The notes beneath the pieces were generated by a model, which saw nothing but the letters and a program-made list of their open reading frames with translations, was not told the DNA's origin and did not search any database. Both the position numbers and the translations under genes were made by a program. Shown here one piece after another: positions 51,801 to 64,000 of a DNA stretch of 64,000 nucleotides; positions within the stretch are counted from its first letter, which is position 1; every line of letters begins with the position of its first letter. Source of the stretch: Laetmonice hystrix (Eukaryota). The stretch lies in assembly GCA_965235115.1 (NCBI GenBank), contig OZ249436.1, positions 7,752,001-7,816,000 of the forward strand, given 5' to 3'.

Positions 51801-53977
51801 ACCTTCACACTTTAGGTTAGTGGTGTTGGTGATCACTAGGGGATCGATGTCAGGGATGATTTGGCGATGGCTGGTTACAGCTGAAACGTACATGGTAGCA
51901 AGGGCACCACGGCACTGGACTGCCGTCGATGGTGCAAAAAATAGGAGGGCCCCACGGCAAATGGAAGGGGCACGACGGCAATTGCCGTCGATGCCGTCGT
52001 GTAATTCGAGGCCTGCATGATCATGAATTCCCATTGACTAAATTTAATGATTAAATCAATATAACTCAAAGCACTTACGTTTGAGGGCATTAGCTAAAGC
52101 CTCTTGTTCTTTTCCATTCTGATGACTAATTTCCTGCAAGATAATGAATAAATACTGTATTTAACACGTGCATAGGGCCAGGCCTCACTTTACATGATTT
52201 GTGTTTTCTTAATTTCAATAATTTAAGCAATGTCCAGAGGTGCAAGTTAAGGATGACATGCCAGCACCCCAGTGATGCCCTTAAATTATACCTGGGGGCC
52301 TCCCTGATAGTGGTACCATGCTTTAATTGTCCTGCTTGCTAAGATTGCTACCTCAATCTGACGCCTAGCTAAAATCAACACTAAACAAGTCTAATAAGAA
52401 CAAAACCCTTGCACTAAATTTTATAGGATTATTTTAAAAACTTAAAAATCATGCATTATGCAGAGTATGTGAAAGTGCCAAAATTTCTGCAGGACCTGCG
52501 GTCCTGCAGAAGTAACAAGTCTGGGGGACCTACCAGAGTTCTGTCTGACCTACTGAAATACGTCACTTTTTAAAAATTACACAAAAACGCATGCTCATGA
52601 ATAGGCCTATAACACGTCTTTATTATGCTGGTGTCATTACCAGGTGCAATAGAATAAATGTATAAATAAATATAAAATGTATATCTGTGCTCTGGTTGGC
52701 TAAAGGACAGTGTAATGGAGTCTATTGCATGTAGTGGAGCAGCTTCTCCTCAATGCCAATGGATGCCTACTTGGGACTTAGGTGGGTACATAACAGCCAA
52801 ATGTGTGCGGGACAATCGGGCCTGCTAAATGGGAAGGTCTGTCGGACCGACGGGTTTTTAGCGGGTCTCGGGCCGTCGGTCCCACGGTGTTCACATACTC
52901 TGCATTATGCAGGGATCTGGGATCTCCCCTGTAATTTAATTTCATGTGACATGATAATACTGGGAGACTCAATTTATTTCTCGAATATGTATTTAAGTAG
53001 ATGGTTAAAAATTAGAGAAGTTCATTAAAGCACTCTAAGAATAAGATGCAGGGCACAATTTACAATCTAAAAATACCTTTAAATTCAGTCAAAATTTGTA
53101 ATTTTAAATACAAACATTAGTATGACTCGAGATTTCTAAAAACTCACCATGGCACATATAGACTAAACTATAATTGATTTATGACAGTGCACATTTTGCC
53201 AGCGCCAGCTAAAAAAAATTAGGCCCCTATCTTTGTTTGACTAATTACCAAATCCAAACAAATTCCTTGGGCTTGGGTTTGGGTAAGGGCCTAGGTGGTT
53301 AGTTTTATTTTTGTTCCAAAAGGCCAAATTGGGTGTTAAATAATAAAGGCATTAAAAAACTTGGATAGTCGGCCAATACAGACAGGCTAGCCTTGAGTCC
53401 TTCCCCTAGCTGTATTGTCTGGTAATGTCTGCAATACTACCAAAATTAGTGTTGATATGTATTGGCTTGAGATGTATTCATCAGACACTGACATGAGATA
53501 GCTACTTTGGTCTTGTTGGACTAGGCCTAATCTAGGCCAGCCGAACCACCCAGGCGTGACGGGAAGGCCACATCGACAAACTTATTATTCACTCACCAGT
53601 GACGACTGACATCTCCTGCTTTCACCCTCACAGTTTCCTAACTTATCCCGATCCGTTTCCCGCTGACCCTGACACACAGATAACTCTTCAACTTTACGGT
53701 CGTAGAGCGTTTTCGTACGTGAGACGTCATTTTCCGAATCCTTCATCTTGTTTGTGAGGATCTCGCTCCGTTTTTCGATGGACATTTTCTTTACCGTCGT
53801 CAGACGCAATCGCTCCGTCATATCAGAAAGTTCGTGTGCGAGCATTGAATTTTTGGAAGACACGTTCCAGTAGTTGAACCCTAAGATAGCAATTACAACC
53901 ATGAGTCCGACTACGACAAATGACGGCGTCCTCCCCGCATTATGGGGCCTCATTTGCCCACGCCCGTTCGCTGCCAT
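42825..53977 (-). CDS. GOLM1/GOLM2(CASC4)-family Golgi type II membrane protein with coiled coil and a long Gln/Pro-rich, acidic luminal region (~894 aa)
   Basis: N-terminus AGRTPSFVVVGLMVVIAILGFNYWNVSSKN...IEKRSEIL resembles GOLM2/CASC4 as recalled ([29 protein letters not shown]). Phase-consistent exons: 53977-53597, 52133-52079, 49626-49557, 49017-48886, 48763-47658, 46829-46000, 43229-43188, 42893-42825 (TAG). GOLM1 versus GOLM2 orthology is not resolvable here. Confidence 0.85.
43018..43130. mobile_element. Small MITE in the last GOLM intron
   Basis: 19-bp TIR CAGGGGTGCGTTTCACAAC...GTTGTGAAACGCACCCCTG. Confidence 0.8.
47326..47387. repeat. Short inverted repeat/mini-MITE
   Basis: GCTCGGTTTCTTGGTG...CACCAAGAAACCGAGC. 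Confidence 0.7.
50655..50746. repeat. ~90-bp hairpin/mini-MITE
   Basis: GGCCTGATCCACAGACCGATTTAC...GTAAATCGGTCTGTGGATCAGGCC. Confidence 0.8.
50795..51219 (+). mobile_element. hAT-like MITE, copy 1
   Basis: TIR CAGAGTATGTGAA...TTCACATACTCTG; CATACA on both flanks; nearly identical to the reverse complement of 52461-52902. Confidence 0.88.
52461..52902 (-). mobile_element. hAT-like MITE, copy 2 (inverted)
   Basis: Same TIR; CATTATG on both flanks. The ORF track shows identical mirrored peptides (GLRWVHNSQMCAGQSG). Confidence 0.88.
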
Positions 53978-54294
53978 CTTTGCAATCTTTCAGAAAGAAG
54001 GCGTAGCCTCGATCCTCGATCGGTAGCTGCCGTGCCAAGTCGCTAACAAACAAACATGATAGGGCCCCTTGACACACTAAAAACATCAAACTCGACCTCC
54101 AAACTTTAAAGAAAGGCTTTTAACAAATTCATACGTATCTTAAGAAAAACATGTAATTTCTTCTCTTGTTTAAAAAAAATAAATTTAATTCAGATAAGCT
54201 AACCCTGATTTAAAACCTGGAACCGAATTATTGTTGCGTCAAGATCCAAAAAGGGCACCTGTTCCCCTACAGAGGGCGCACTGCAATTTTGCTG

Positions 54295-54361
54295 AGCTGA
54301 TTCCCGGCTCACTCGCTAGGTGATTCACAGAGCCACCTGGCGAGCGAGCCAGGAACCAGCT
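54295..54361. repeat. Imperfect 28-bp inverted repeat in the divergent intergenic region
   Basis: AGCTGATTCCCGGCTCACTCGCTAGGTG vs CACCTGGCGAGCGAGCCAGGAACCAGCT. Confidence 0.7.
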
Positions 54362-56060
54362 TATATTTTTGCTTTCAAAATCGCTGTCAAAAAGGACAAA
54401 ATCAAGGCAGATGTGAAAAAAACGGAGGGAGGCTAATCAATATGACTGGTAAGTGGAACAAACTCCAGCTTATTATATGAATCTGGTTTTTAGTTTCCAG
54501 TAGCAGGTATAAATTTATTTGATCTCTTACCTCCTCTTTTCTGAGTGACCTTTGCAGCGCCACCTTTTGAGTGTTATGTTAATGTTCTTGTTTAACGTTA
54601 GGGGACGTTAGTAATATGGGAGGACGATTCGTTGGAAGGTGGATAGTGGAATGCCCCTTTTTAACCTGAGGATGAGGTAAAGTTCGAGTCAGAATGCTTT
54701 TTTATTAATAGATAAAGAGAGTAGGATTATTAAAAACAATACACTGGATAACTTAACGATGTAATACGATATTTTTGCCGGTCGAGTAGATATATACACA
54801 TAAACACGAATATATGAGCGATAATAGGGATTTAGTGTGTTAGACTATGTATGTTTTGGTTTTTGTCTCAGCAAGAATGGTGGAATGTAGGATAAATGCA
54901 AGTGCAGACTGGGGAGCCGTCTCTCTGGCAAATAAGAGACTGGGAGGATTTCTGTTGGTTGTTACCACCAGGTGTAGACCTGCCAAGTCCCCCGGTTTCA
55001 CTGGGGGACTCCCAGTTTTTAACCCGTGATCCCCTGCCCCCTCCCCCCGGTATGTCACAACTTTATCACGGTGAATTGAAAACTCATGTATGTACACAAA
55101 TGTACGCAAAAGACAAGAAAAAAGATAAATAAATATGTCAGGATGGAGTCTCACGTAATACCGAGTGGAGCTAGCTGCGAAGAAGCGAGCTCTATACCCA
55201 AGAAATCGAGAACGTTGCATGAACCCGACATGGAAATCCATGGAGTTTTAGTTACTAATATGATTAGGTGCTACCCAGGGGCGAGTGCAGTTTTATCTAT
55301 ATAGTCTAGCTGAGTACGGCTTAATTTGTATCAGCTTTCCATAGTCATTGATAATGATACAGGTGTCTGCCAAGTCAGGCAGTGACAGGTTACTTAAAGC
55401 AATACCTTTTGTCATCTTATGACGACCATGGTAATATTATCACATAACAGTAGACTTTGTAATAAGCATGTGTTGATATTGCGACGTCACAATGGAAATC
55501 AACAGATCGGGTTCTAAATCTACAGTCTAGCAGGGTGTGTTTTTCACCGTTTTCACTTCGGTCAAGCGGCCGTAAAGGGGAGCGATTGGCCGTTACGTTC
55601 CCGACAGGCGATTTCACGTGAATAGTAGGTAGAATCAAATGGAAAAGTCAGTAAATGTTTGGAATCTGTTTATAGAAGTGGCAGGTAAGGAAGCGGTTTG
55701 TAGATTCCCATGCGTTTGGGAAATTTGAATTTCGATGCAGTGCAATTTAAGCCAATCAGATTGCTCTGATTTTGCCGACTCCGTAATACCAGCAAAACCT
55801 CCACGGATTTTCATATCCGATCGATGCACGGTATGCGGTTCCTTGGGTATAGAGCTCGCTCGGCAAGCTGCTTTGCGGCTCGCTGCGCTCGCTATTCCAG
55901 AGCCAGGAAAATCAGAACAATCTCAAACACCCTGTGACACCGGCTGTGATCAGTAAATCATAAATGATTGTGTCGGATGATGGCTACATTTAATAAATGG
56001 CTACTAATAGAGTATAATTGTTTTCATTTTTCTAACAGGCCTGGATAGAGGAGTTCAAAC

Positions 56061-64000
<7,940 letters not shown>

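Overview
Intron-rich eukaryotic (invertebrate-like animal) genomic DNA, not prokaryotic. Four spliced protein-coding genes could be assembled by hand with consistent exon phases: WDR90 (+, 38 coding exons, ~1907 aa, 16457-31706), an alpha-arrestin/ARRDC-like gene (+, 33661-38562), a GOLM1/GOLM2(CASC4)-family Golgi type II membrane protein (-, 53977-42825) and C1orf43/NICE-3 (+, from 56061, running off the right edge). The first ~16 kb and the larger introns are packed with minisatellites and short, often nested, non-autonomous DNA transposons (MITE-like elements with terminal inverted repeats, TIRs). The most unusual signal is in the arrestin gene. Its exon-2 splice acceptor plus the first ~18 codons is tandemly amplified 12 times as an 81-bp (27-codon) unit, and its exon-4 donor is amplified into nine AG|GT junctions. 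Other notable items: an inverted MITE pair bracketing a single 55-nt GOLM exon, a Harbinger-like element with a MADF-domain remnant, CAG/CAA-ended elements with 5-7-bp rather than 8-bp target-site duplications (TSDs), a candidate GC-AG intron, and an RFX X-box-like cluster at the left edge. Gene names come from recalled similarity to known proteins; no search was run. Most ORFs in the supplied track are repeat- or antisense-derived artefacts.
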